Below, piece after piece: positions 19,440-27,727 of a DNA stretch of 54,985 nucleotides. The translations under genes were made by a program, and so were the position numbers. Numbering within the stretch: position 1 is the first letter of the stretch; each line of letters opens with the position of its first letter. This DNA comes from Acidimicrobiia bacterium (GTDB lineage Bacteria > Actinomycetota > Acidimicrobiia > Spongiisociales > ZC4RG35): contig JBHJOQ010000026.1 of NCBI GenBank assembly GCA_050329555.1, positions 1 to 54,985 on the forward strand, given 5' to 3'. The notes below the pieces were generated by a model. The model was given only the letters and a program-made list of their open reading frames with translations. It was not told the origin of the DNA and did no database searches.

Positions 19440-20610
19440 CCGCCTTTCCTTCGCTGATCAGCCTCTCGACCGTGTCGGTGTCGACGCCCGACTCGATGAG
19501 GAGCTGACGGGTATGGCTTCCTAATTCGGGAGGCGGGCCCTGGCTCCTGCCCGGTCTGCCGTCGATCCGGATCGGGCTGCCCGTCGACCGGACCATGCCG
19601 GCCACGGGATGCTCGAATTCAACCGTCATCTCGTGGTATCGGGCCTGGGGGTCGTCGAAGGCCTCGGCCAGGGTGAGCACGGGTCCCGCGGGCAGGCCCG
19701 CCGATTCGAAGAGCTCGACCCAGTGTGAGGCCGGTTCCCGGTCGAAGACACCCTGCAGCCGTGCCACGAGGTCATCGAGGTTCTCCATCCGATCTCCGTT
19801 GGTCGGGTAGTCGGCGAGGAGGTCTGGCATTTCCAGAGCATCACACAGCAGTTCGAAATGGCGGTCGGACACTACGGCCAGGGTGAAATGGCGGTCTTTC
19901 GCCCCGAACACCTGGTTTGGGGCGAGGAACGGGCTCGCGGTGCCGGTCCGCTCCGGCTGGTTGCCGTCGGCGAAATGGATTGCGTTCCATCCCGATTGCA
20001 CCGCCATCGCACCGTCACGCAGCGAGATGTCGATCTGGTGGCCCCGGCGTGGTGACTCGGCGAGTGCCGCCGAAACCGCAAAGGCTGCATTGGTCCCTGC
20101 GACATAGTCACCAATTGTCGTCGCGGTCTTGCGGGGCCCGTCCTCGGGAGCGCCGGTGATGGAGATCATGCCGGACTCGCCCTGGAAGACGATGTCTATC
20201 CCCGGTCTGGAGGCGTAGGGGCCGGCCGAGCCGAACGCCGAGATGGTCGTGTACACGAGGGTGGGGTTGATCTCGAGGGACCTTTCGGCACCGAGCCCGA
20301 GCCGGTCCATTGCGCCGTAACGCAGGTTGTGGATCAAGGCGTCAGCCCTCTTGACCAGATTGTCGAGGACCCGCTTCGCCACCCAGTCCCGGGTGTCGAT
20401 GGCGAGTGATTCCTTGCCCCGGTTCACCGCCAGGAAGAACACCGACTCCCCGTTCTGGAAGGGCCCGAAGTGCCGCCCGAGGTCGCCGGTCGGAGGCTCG
20501 ACTTTGATCACGCGGGCGCCGAGGTCGGCGAGGAGCATGCCCGCGTAGGGGGCGGCGATGAGATTGCCCAGCTCGACAACGGTGAAGCCCTTGAGCGGGC
20601 CCTCAGACAC
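19423..20610 (-). CDS. Family III CoA-transferase (CaiB/BaiF)
   Basis: LADLGARVIKVEPP.GD..R, NRGKES, IGDY catalytic Asp, PPELGSHT. Confidence 0.92.
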   Translation of the reverse strand: MSEGPLKGFTVVELGNLIAAPYAGMLLADLGARVIKVEPPTGDLGRHFGPFQNGESVFFLAVNRGKESLAIDTRDWVAKRVLDNLVKRADALIHNLRYGAMDRLGLGAERSLEINPTLVYTTISAFGSAGPYASRPGIDIVFQGESGMISITGAPEDGPRKTATTIGDYVAGTNAAFAVSAALAESPRRGHQIDISLRDGAMAVQSGWNAIHFADGNQPERTGTASPFLAPNQVFGAKDRHFTLAVVSDRHFELLCDALEMPDLLADYPTNGDRMENLDDLVARLQGVFDREPASHWVELFESAGLPAGPVLTLAEAFDDPQARYHEMTVEFEHPVAGMVRSTGSPIRIDGRPGRSQGPPPELGSHTRQLLIESGVDTDTVERLISEGKAVAVER

Positions 20611-21811
20611 GCTCGATCACCAGTGCGATCCCCTGACCGACGCCGATGCACATCGTGGCGAGCCCGAATCTCGCCTCACGACGCCGTAGCTCGTGGGCCA
20701 GCGTTACCACGATCCTGGCGCCGGAGGCACCGAGGGGATGGCCGATGGCTATGGCCCCTCCATTCACGTTGACGATCGCCGGGTCGAGGTCGAGGAGACG
20801 CATGCTGGCCAACGCCTGCGCGGCAAAGGCCTCATTCAGCTCCACCAGGTCGAGGTCGGATACCGCCAACCCGGCCCTTTCCATTGCCTTGGTGGAAGCC
20901 GGCACCGGGCCAATCCCCATCACATCGGGGTGGACCCCTGCCACGGCAGAGCTCACGATTCGGGCCATCGGGGTCAAATCGTGCTTTTCCAAACCTTCCC
21001 CGGTGGCGAGGAGGAGGGCCGCAGCCCCGTCGTTCATGGGAGAGGAGTTGCCGGCGGTCACGGTGCCGCCAGCCTTGAATACCGGCCGCAGTGACGACAG
21101 TGTTTCGAGGGAAGCGTCGGGGCGCGGGCCCTCGTCGCTCTGGATCGTCGAGATGTTGCGACGCGCGGGATCGGAAGGAGCCTCGAGCGGCTCGATCTCA
21201 TCTTTGAATCTCCCTCCCTCCGCTGCGGCGATGGCCTTCTGATGGCTTTCCAGGGCAAACCTGTCCTGGTCCTCGCGTGAGATCTTGTACTTCTCGGCGA
21301 CACGTTCGGCGGTCATCCCCAGAGTGATCGGCGGATACATCTCCTCCATCATCGGGTTGACCATCCTCCACCCGAGGACGGTGTCGGCGATCTCGGGTGC
21401 GCCCATCGGGAACGGCCGGTCTGCCTTCGCCAGGACATACGGAGCCCGGCTCATGGACTCCGAGCCTCCGGCGACCATCACCTCGCCCCATCCGGCCCCT
21501 AACGAGTGTGCTGCCGAGATGATGGCCTGCATCCCGGAACCGCAGAGCCGGTTCACCGTGTTGCCGGGAGTCTCGATGGGCAGGCCAGCGAGCAGGGCGG
21601 CCATTCGGGCGACATTGCGGTTGTCCTCACCAGCCTGATTGGCGGCGCCCCACTGGACGTCTTCGATTTCTGAAAGGGCGACGCCGCCGTTGCGCTCCAT
21701 CAGTTTCGAGATCGCATGTGCAGCGAGGTCGTCGGGTCGGACGTGGGCGAACTGGCCACCTCTCTTTCCCATCGGGGTGCGGCACCCGTCGACTATGTAT
21801 ACGTCTTTCAT
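20603..21811 (-). CDS. Acetyl-CoA C-acyltransferase (thiolase, PcaF/PaaJ-like)
   Basis: NQAGEDNRNVARMA, NRLCGSG, NEAFA, GHPLGASG, MCIGVGQG; GAGG SD upstream. Confidence 0.93.
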   Translation of the reverse strand: MKDVYIVDGCRTPMGKRGGQFAHVRPDDLAAHAISKLMERNGGVALSEIEDVQWGAANQAGEDNRNVARMAALLAGLPIETPGNTVNRLCGSGMQAIISAAHSLGAGWGEVMVAGGSESMSRAPYVLAKADRPFPMGAPEIADTVLGWRMVNPMMEEMYPPITLGMTAERVAEKYKISREDQDRFALESHQKAIAAAEGGRFKDEIEPLEAPSDPARRNISTIQSDEGPRPDASLETLSSLRPVFKAGGTVTAGNSSPMNDGAAALLLATGEGLEKHDLTPMARIVSSAVAGVHPDVMGIGPVPASTKAMERAGLAVSDLDLVELNEAFAAQALASMRLLDLDPAIVNVNGGAIAIGHPLGASGARIVVTLAHELRRREARFGLATMCIGVGQGIALVIERV

Positions 21812-21837
21812 CGCTCGCTTCCTCGTGATTCTCACCG

Positions 21838-21856
21838 ATAGGGCCGATAGCCCTAT
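21838..21856. promoter_or_regulatory. Inverted repeat (candidate operator or hairpin) upstream of the thiolase operon
   Basis: ATAGGGC-cgata-GCCCTAT with perfect 7-bp arms, 26 nt before the thiolase ATG. Confidence 0.4.
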
Positions 21857-22009
21857 TACACCTCGCTCTGTTTCGCCGTATGTTCGCATGGTTTGGGATG
21901 GGGGTTAGGCAACGGCCCGGTTGCCGGGTGAACAGCGGGGAGCTCGTCCGGCGGCCGTGGCCAATGCCACCAACCCCGACTCGGCGCAGTCTCCACTACC
22001 GTCCGGTCG

Positions 22010-22579
22010 ATGAAACGGCCTGATCAACTCCACTTCACAGAGTCCGAGGAAGCCAATCGCCTTCTCGCCGGCGACGACCTCGCAGTCCTCATCGGCATGC
22101 TCCTCGACCAGCAGTTCCCCATGGAAAGGGCCTTCTTCGGCCCACAACTGCTCAAGGACCGTCTCGGGGAAGATCTCGATGCCAGGAGAATCGCGGAAGC
22201 TGACCTCGCCCGGCTGGAAGAGATTTTCAAAGGCCCGCCCGCGATTCACCGGTATCCGGCGTCGATGGCGAAACGAACCCAGGATCTCTGCCAGGTGATA
22301 GTGGACGAATACGAAGGCGATCCGGCCCGAATCTGGACGACGGCAGGGAGCGGCAACGATCTGTTGAAGCGGCTCAAGGCGTTGCCCGGTTTCGGCGACG
22401 GGAAGTCCCGCATCTTCGTCGGTCTCCTCGGGAAGCGTCTCGGGATCCGCCCCGAAGGGTGGGAGGACGCAGCTGCGGATTGGCCGAGCATTGCCGACGT
22501 GGCGACATTCGACGATGTCCTCGAACTGAGAGAGCAGAAGCGGCTGATGAAACAGAAGAAGAGGGACTCTCCCGCTTAG
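22010..22579 (+). CDS. Actinobacterial HhH-GPD-type base-excision-repair-like protein
   Basis: IGMLLDQQFPME.AF.GP, PPAIHRYP.SMA.R, LPGFG..K HhH motif. Confidence 0.85.
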   Translation: MKRPDQLHFTESEEANRLLAGDDLAVLIGMLLDQQFPMERAFFGPQLLKDRLGEDLDARRIAEADLARLEEIFKGPPAIHRYPASMAKRTQDLCQVIVDEYEGDPARIWTTAGSGNDLLKRLKALPGFGDGKSRIFVGLLGKRLGIRPEGWEDAAADWPSIADVATFDDVLELREQKRLMKQKKRDSPA

Positions 22580-22711
22580 CCGCGGCCACAGGGATCCTCG
22601 CCGATTCGTTTGGCGCCGGCCGCAGACCACTAGGTATATCGACCTATTTATCGCTAAACCGGAGGGCGCGGCTGTCCGATACCCACGTGATGGAGGAAAG
22701 AACGGACGACC

Positions 22712-23626
22712 GTGGATAAAAGCATGAACCTCTCAGGCCAATTGGCCGACTGGACGATGGACGACTTGCTTCAGATCGTTCAGGTGACCAAGAAGACCGG
22801 ATCACTGGACATCGTGGGTGTTCACAAGGGCCGTGTCCATTTCCGTGATGGAAACATCACCGGTGCCGAGCTGCACAGTTCGAAGGGTGTCTATGCGGGA
22901 ACCGACACTTCGGTAATCGCCGATGTCGTGTTCGTCCTGGGATCGATGACCGAAGGCGCATTTGCGATGGGCCGTTCCGATGGCCCCGATGTCGACGGAG
23001 TACCGATCGAGGCCATCACCGGCGCAATAGGTGAGCTGCGGGCGCTCGAGGCGGTCGTCGCCGATAAGGGTTTGATCGACGCCGGGGACGTGAAGCTCAA
23101 ATCCACCATAGAGTCTGACGTCACCATCGCCCCCGAGGACTGGGCAGCAATCGCCTCCCTCGTGCAGCCGTTCACCTTCGCCAGCCTGGCCGAGCGCCTG
23201 GGGCGGGGGGCGGCAGTCCGGATGGTCCACGCTTTCCATCGTCTCGACCTTGCCGAAGCGGTCGAATCCGATCAAACAGGGTCGGTAATCGAACCTGTTC
23301 CCGGCGAGGTCAGCGAGGAAGAGTCCAACTGGCTCGACCGGCTTGCCGACGAGGTTTCCAGCACCGACTCCACCAAATGGCTCGACGATGCCGTCGCAGA
23401 AATGACTTCCGAAAGCAATGATTCCACCGCCAAAGCCCCGGTTGCGGCTGCGGCAGATGCCGAGGAGCCCGAGGCGGAACCCTCCGACCCCGAAGTTGTG
23501 ATTGCACCGAATGAGCCCAAAGATCGCTCTACGGGAGCGCGCGGCATCTCGGCCCCTGCGTCAACCACCTTGACCACCGGTGTCTACGACGATATCCGCC
23601 GTCTCCGCAGCAAGGTCTCTGAGTAG
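22712..23626 (+). CDS. DUF4388 (PATAN-like) domain protein with acidic low-complexity C-terminal half
   Basis: LSGQLADWTMDDLLQIV..TKKTGSL.I...GRVHFRDGNI..A. Confidence 0.78.
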   Translation: MDKSMNLSGQLADWTMDDLLQIVQVTKKTGSLDIVGVHKGRVHFRDGNITGAELHSSKGVYAGTDTSVIADVVFVLGSMTEGAFAMGRSDGPDVDGVPIEAITGAIGELRALEAVVADKGLIDAGDVKLKSTIESDVTIAPEDWAAIASLVQPFTFASLAERLGRGAAVRMVHAFHRLDLAEAVESDQTGSVIEPVPGEVSEEESNWLDRLADEVSSTDSTKWLDDAVAEMTSESNDSTAKAPVAAAADAEEPEAEPSDPEVVIAPNEPKDRSTGARGISAPASTTLTTGVYDDIRRLRSKVSE

Positions 23627-23734
23627 TGCCCCGACCACTGACGTTTGTCGCGTTCAGGACCCGGACGACGCCCCTGACTTGGAACGAACATCGCCGACGT
23701 CACTGGCCAGAGCACATGCGGTAACGTCCCGCCG

Positions 23735-24370
23735 ATGCGAGACAAGAGCCCCTGGGTTCCCGACCGCCCTCTCTTCATCGGTCTGGCCGGTGGCTCCGGC
23801 TCGGGGAAGACCACAGTTGCCGAAGATCTGATCGGCACCCTCGAGGGTGCCGTTTCCTACCTGCAGCATGATGCCTACTACCGGCACAAGCCGGAACTGT
23901 CCTACGAGGAGCGAACCAAGGTCAACTACGACCACCCCTCCTCGCTCGAGACCGAGCTGATCGTGGAGCACCTGGAGATGCTGCGGTCAGGAATCGCCGT
24001 CGAACGGCCCGTATATGACTTCGCACAGCACCTCCGTTCCGAAGAAACGGTTCATGTCGCCCCCGCTGCCGTGGTCCTCGTCGAGGGGATCCTCGTGCTC
24101 GCCGAAGCCGAACTGCGCAGTGAGCTCGATCTGAAGATCTTCGTCGACACCGCGCCCGACATCAGGCTGGCCCGTCGGATCGAAAGGGACATCCAGAAGC
24201 GGGGGAGGACCCTGGAGAGCGTCATCGCCCAGTATTTTGCGACGGTGCGCCCGATGCATATCGAATTTGTCGAGACATCGAAGCGGTATGCCGACCTGAT
24301 AATCCCCGAGGGGCACAATCCCGCAGCTGTGGCAACGGTCATCGAATTGATTCGCTCCCGTCTCGGATAG
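23735..24370 (+). CDS. udk: Uridine kinase
   Basis: IGLAGGSGSGKTT, HDAYY, NYDHP, EGIL, RRIERD...RGR, VRPMH. Confidence 0.95.
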   Translation: MRDKSPWVPDRPLFIGLAGGSGSGKTTVAEDLIGTLEGAVSYLQHDAYYRHKPELSYEERTKVNYDHPSSLETELIVEHLEMLRSGIAVERPVYDFAQHLRSEETVHVAPAAVVLVEGILVLAEAELRSELDLKIFVDTAPDIRLARRIERDIQKRGRTLESVIAQYFATVRPMHIEFVETSKRYADLIIPEGHNPAAVATVIELIRSRLG

Positions 24371-24393
24371 TCCTCCTTCTTATACTCGTCGCA

Positions 24394-25206
24394 ATGTCAC
24401 AACAACCTTCCGTCGCAGTTCTCGGTGTCGGCGCTATGGGAGAGGCCCTGGTGTCCGGGTTGCTCCGCGCCGGTTGGGGGAACCGAAACGTTTCTCTTTG
24501 TGTTCGTCGGATGGAGCGGGGCGACGTCCTGGCCAACCAGACCGGGTGTCAGGTCCACCTCGACCCGGCAGAGGCCATTGCCGGCAGCGACGTGGTTGTC
24601 GTGGCCGTAAAGCCGCGCGATGTCCCGACTGTGGTCAACGCAATTGCGTCCTCGTTGCGCCCGGACCAGCTGGTCATTTCCCTGGCCGCCGGGGTCACCA
24701 CTGCCACATATGAGTCGCTGCTGTCGGCCTCACCTGTGGTCAGGGCGATGCCCAATACACCGGCCCTGGTCGGTGAAGGGGTGACCGGCATCGCCGGTGG
24801 CACACGGGCCGGTGCCGCCGAACTGGAGAAGGCTCGGGTGATCCTGGGAGCGGTGGGTGATGTCAGGATCATGGACGAGTCGTTGCTCGACGCCATCACT
24901 GCGGTTTCCGGTACCGGGCCCGCCTACGTCTTCCTGCTTGCGGAGGCATTGACTGACGCCGCCATTCGCGAAGGGCTGCCTCGCGACATCGCGGAGATGT
25001 TCGTAAATCAAACGGTGCAGGGTGCAGGCAGGTTGCTAACCGCCATCGACAAGACACCTTCGGAGCTGAGGGCCCAGGTCACCTCTCCGGGAGGAACTAC
25101 CGCAGCAGCCCTTCACGTGCTGGAAGAGCGCGGGTTCAGAGCCATCGTCGAGGATGCGGTGCGGGCGGCAGCGAAACGGGCTCACGAACTCGGGGAAGCC
25201 GGGTGA
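24394..25206 (+). CDS. proC: Pyrroline-5-carboxylate reductase
   Basis: LGVGAMG, AVKP, RAMPNTP, TAVSGTGPAY, VTSPGGTT. Confidence 0.95.
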   Translation: MSQQPSVAVLGVGAMGEALVSGLLRAGWGNRNVSLCVRRMERGDVLANQTGCQVHLDPAEAIAGSDVVVVAVKPRDVPTVVNAIASSLRPDQLVISLAAGVTTATYESLLSASPVVRAMPNTPALVGEGVTGIAGGTRAGAAELEKARVILGAVGDVRIMDESLLDAITAVSGTGPAYVFLLAEALTDAAIREGLPRDIAEMFVNQTVQGAGRLLTAIDKTPSELRAQVTSPGGTTAAALHVLEERGFRAIVEDAVRAAAKRAHELGEAG

Positions 25207-26111
25207 GTGTCTTCTCCCGGGTTTTGACCGCCACCACCCAGTCCCGTCCGGTAGAGAAAGTGATCACGGGCACGACGCCGGGAAAGGCGCTTGCCTCGAG
25301 GTTCGTCGCAGGGGAGACCCTGGAGGAGGCGGTAGCGATTGCTGCTGAGCTCAACCGGAGTGGTTTCCTCGTCTCCCTGGATTTGCTCGGGGAGGAGGTT
25401 CACGACGAGGAATCGGCTCGCAACGCACTTGCTGAATATCTCGAGTGCCTCGATCGGATCGCAGAGGACGGCCTCGATGCAAACATCTCCGTCAAGCTGA
25501 CCCAGCTCGGTCTCAGCATCGACCGGGAGCTGACGATCGAACTCGTGGCGCAGCTCGCCGAAAGGGCAGCAGAGGTGGGCACAACTGTGACGATCGACAT
25601 GGAAGACTCGCGATTCACCTCCGACACAGTGGACATCTTCGCCGACGCCCAGGAGAGGTTCGGCAACCTCGGGATCGCTATTCAGGCATACATGAAGCGC
25701 ACTCCCGCCGACCTCGACCGCCTCATCCCGTTGGGCGGGCATATTCGCCTCTGCAAGGGGGCATACGTGGAGCCGCCCGAGGTGGCCCTGACTATCAAAC
25801 GCGCCGTGGACGCTGCCTTTGTCGCCCAGCTGGAGCAACTGATGGTGGCGGAGTCGATCCGCCCGGCGGTGGCCACACACGATCTGAAGATGGTCGAGCG
25901 GGCCCGTCAGCTCGCGTCCCAGCGCCTGGGGTACTTCGAGTTCCAGATGCTCTACGGGGTGCGTCCGGCTCTACAACAATCGTTGGTCGAGGAGGGGTTC
26001 CCGTTACGGGTCTATCTCCCGTTCGGGTCGCAGTGGTACCCGTATCTGACCCGGAGGATGGCCGAGCGACCGGCAAACCTGTGGTTCTTCGTGAGGTCGC
26101 TGGTCGACTGA
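25203..26111 (+). CDS. putB: Monofunctional proline dehydrogenase
   Basis: RFVAGET, DLLGE, SVKLTQLG, IDMEDS, RLCKGAY, ATHD, FQMLYG, YLTRRMAERP. Confidence 0.93.
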   Translation: MSVFSRVLTATTQSRPVEKVITGTTPGKALASRFVAGETLEEAVAIAAELNRSGFLVSLDLLGEEVHDEESARNALAEYLECLDRIAEDGLDANISVKLTQLGLSIDRELTIELVAQLAERAAEVGTTVTIDMEDSRFTSDTVDIFADAQERFGNLGIAIQAYMKRTPADLDRLIPLGGHIRLCKGAYVEPPEVALTIKRAVDAAFVAQLEQLMVAESIRPAVATHDLKMVERARQLASQRLGYFEFQMLYGVRPALQQSLVEEGFPLRVYLPFGSQWYPYLTRRMAERPANLWFFVRSLVD

Positions 26112-26120
26112 ACTGCCAAA

Positions 26121-26153
26121 GAGAAAGGGCAGCCGGATGGCTGCACTTTTCTC
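26121..26153. terminator. Probable bidirectional intrinsic terminator
   Basis: GCAGCC-ggat-GGCTGC stem flanked by GAGAAAG and CTTTTCTC between convergent genes. Confidence 0.65.
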
Positions 26154-26172
26154 ATTTCTTGTCGGACGAGAC

Positions 26173-26394
26173 TCAGGCTGCCCTATCCAGGCTCGGTTGG
26201 TCGACCGAGGGAGGTTCGGCCAGCCTCTCGCCAAGGGCGATGAGTCCGTTTCCGATGGCCCCTCTGAACGAGTGGCCGTTCCGGACCATGGGGCCGCCGG
26301 CTTTGGCCGATCGGGCCATACGTCTGTGATCTGAGGCTATCTGGAGTCTCCCGACCCGATAGTCGTATTCGCTTCTGTCAATCAACGGGTACAT
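26173..26394 (-). CDS. Small hypothetical protein (73 aa) downstream of the ArsR regulator
   Basis: Strong AAGGAG SD 6 nt before ATG; lies immediately after the regulator stop. Confidence 0.65.
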   Translation of the reverse strand: MYPLIDRSEYDYRVGRLQIASDHRRMARSAKAGGPMVRNGHSFRGAIGNGLIALGERLAEPPSVDQPSLDRAA

Positions 26395-26408
26395 CTGGTA
26401 CTCCTTTC

Positions 26409-27548
26409 TCATGCAAGTGCTGACTTGTCTTGTGGTCTCATGTAGCTCTCGAGGAATGCTGAGGCGTCCTCGAATGCCTGCGGTCTGAGGCCGTATTTGG
26501 ATTCGGCTTTGGTCGATCCCATCTGGACCCGGACCAGCCCGGCAGCCCTCAGGATCGTGATGTGGTGGTGAACTGTTGACTTGGTCAGGTCGAGCATCTC
26601 GGTCAATTCGTCGAGGCTCGTGTCTCCCTCAGAGAGCCGACGGAGGATTCTCAGCCTCTTCTCATCACTCAGTGCCTTGTAGAACCGGACCATCCAGGAC
26701 GGCGGTGCCTCAGGATTGAGGTTGAGGAACTCGTCGGCGAGCCCGTAACAGACGATCAACGCATCCCGGTACTGATCGATCAGCGACAGTGGCCTCACCA
26801 CCACCGACGGAACCAGGATCACCCGGCAAACACCGAGCGGGATCTCGTAGTCGAGGCCATTGGTTACCTCTTCGATCACGTCCTTGGCGCTATCGCGGGT
26901 GGCCACCGAGCGGCGGGCCCCCGCCGCTGCGGCGATTGCCTTGCCGAACTCTTCTTCATACTTCGAGAAGACTTCATTCCGGAACCTTCGCAATGTCGCT
27001 GCCATCCGGTCTCGCATCTCGATGGGGTCCATCTCGAACATTGCCACTACCTGGTCGACGCCTTCCTGGTCCATACTCGAGCCGATGATCTCTCGCACGA
27101 AGTTGATGTCGCCCTGCGCCGCCTGCTCGATCAAGGATGGAGGTGGCGGGCTCTGGCCCGTCTCGAGAGCGTTCTGCTCACCGAGGTAGCCGAGGATCCA
27201 TCGCCGTAATCGCTGCGGGTTCAGTTCTCCGATCCAGGTAAAGACGCTGTCCGGGTCGTGGGGATGCGGCGCCACCGAGATGAGCCCGAGGAGACTGAGC
27301 CACACTGAGCAATGACTTCCACCAAACCTGACGATCTCTTCCTTGAGATCGTCGGGAGTGGCGTCGTGCGCCTCTGTGAACCAGTCGGCACCCAGATCGA
27401 ACGATCCGGTGTACTTCTTCGAACTGAAGAGACTCCACACCGTGATCACCACCTCATACGAGATGGCACCGTCGACCTCGATCGGGATCCGGCGCGTTGC
27501 GCTGTTCAGTTCCCTGACCTTCTGTTGTGGTGTGACTAATTCGGGCAT
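26409..27548 (-). CDS. Long ArsR/SmtB-family regulator (DUF5937-like N-terminal region, C-terminal wHTH)
   Basis: KALSDEKRLRIL...LTKSTVHHHITILRAAGLV; VILVPSV motif; GAGGG SD. Confidence 0.85.
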   Translation of the reverse strand: MPELVTPQQKVRELNSATRRIPIEVDGAISYEVVITVWSLFSSKKYTGSFDLGADWFTEAHDATPDDLKEEIVRFGGSHCSVWLSLLGLISVAPHPHDPDSVFTWIGELNPQRLRRWILGYLGEQNALETGQSPPPPSLIEQAAQGDINFVREIIGSSMDQEGVDQVVAMFEMDPIEMRDRMAATLRRFRNEVFSKYEEEFGKAIAAAAGARRSVATRDSAKDVIEEVTNGLDYEIPLGVCRVILVPSVVVRPLSLIDQYRDALIVCYGLADEFLNLNPEAPPSWMVRFYKALSDEKRLRILRRLSEGDTSLDELTEMLDLTKSTVHHHITILRAAGLVRVQMGSTKAESKYGLRPQAFEDASAFLESYMRPQDKSALA

Positions 27549-27568
27549 TTTGAATCCCTCACGGGTAA

Positions 27569-27643
27569 TTCGATAATCATCGAACGGAATTGTATCATAC
27601 GAATCTTCTACATGCAAGGAGCTATTCGATAAACTTCGTATGA
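27569..27643. promoter_or_regulatory. Candidate ArsR operator array in an AT-rich divergent promoter region
   Basis: TTCGA-N6-TCGAA (27569-27584), TTCGA-N6-TCGTA (27625-27640), 9-bp IR TCATACGAA/TTCGTATGA. Confidence 0.6.
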
Positions 27644-27727
27644 CAGTTTCGCTTATCATCGGAGTCGCATGCGATCCGGGGAAGCGATGGCAGGCAGAGG
27701 TTTCCGGTGGATATACACTCCGGCGCT

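Noticed and set aside
26400-27700. Lower-GC stretch suggesting a horizontally acquired island
   Set aside because: No integrase, transposase, tRNA or flanking direct repeats; the AT richness is concentrated in the promoter/operator region
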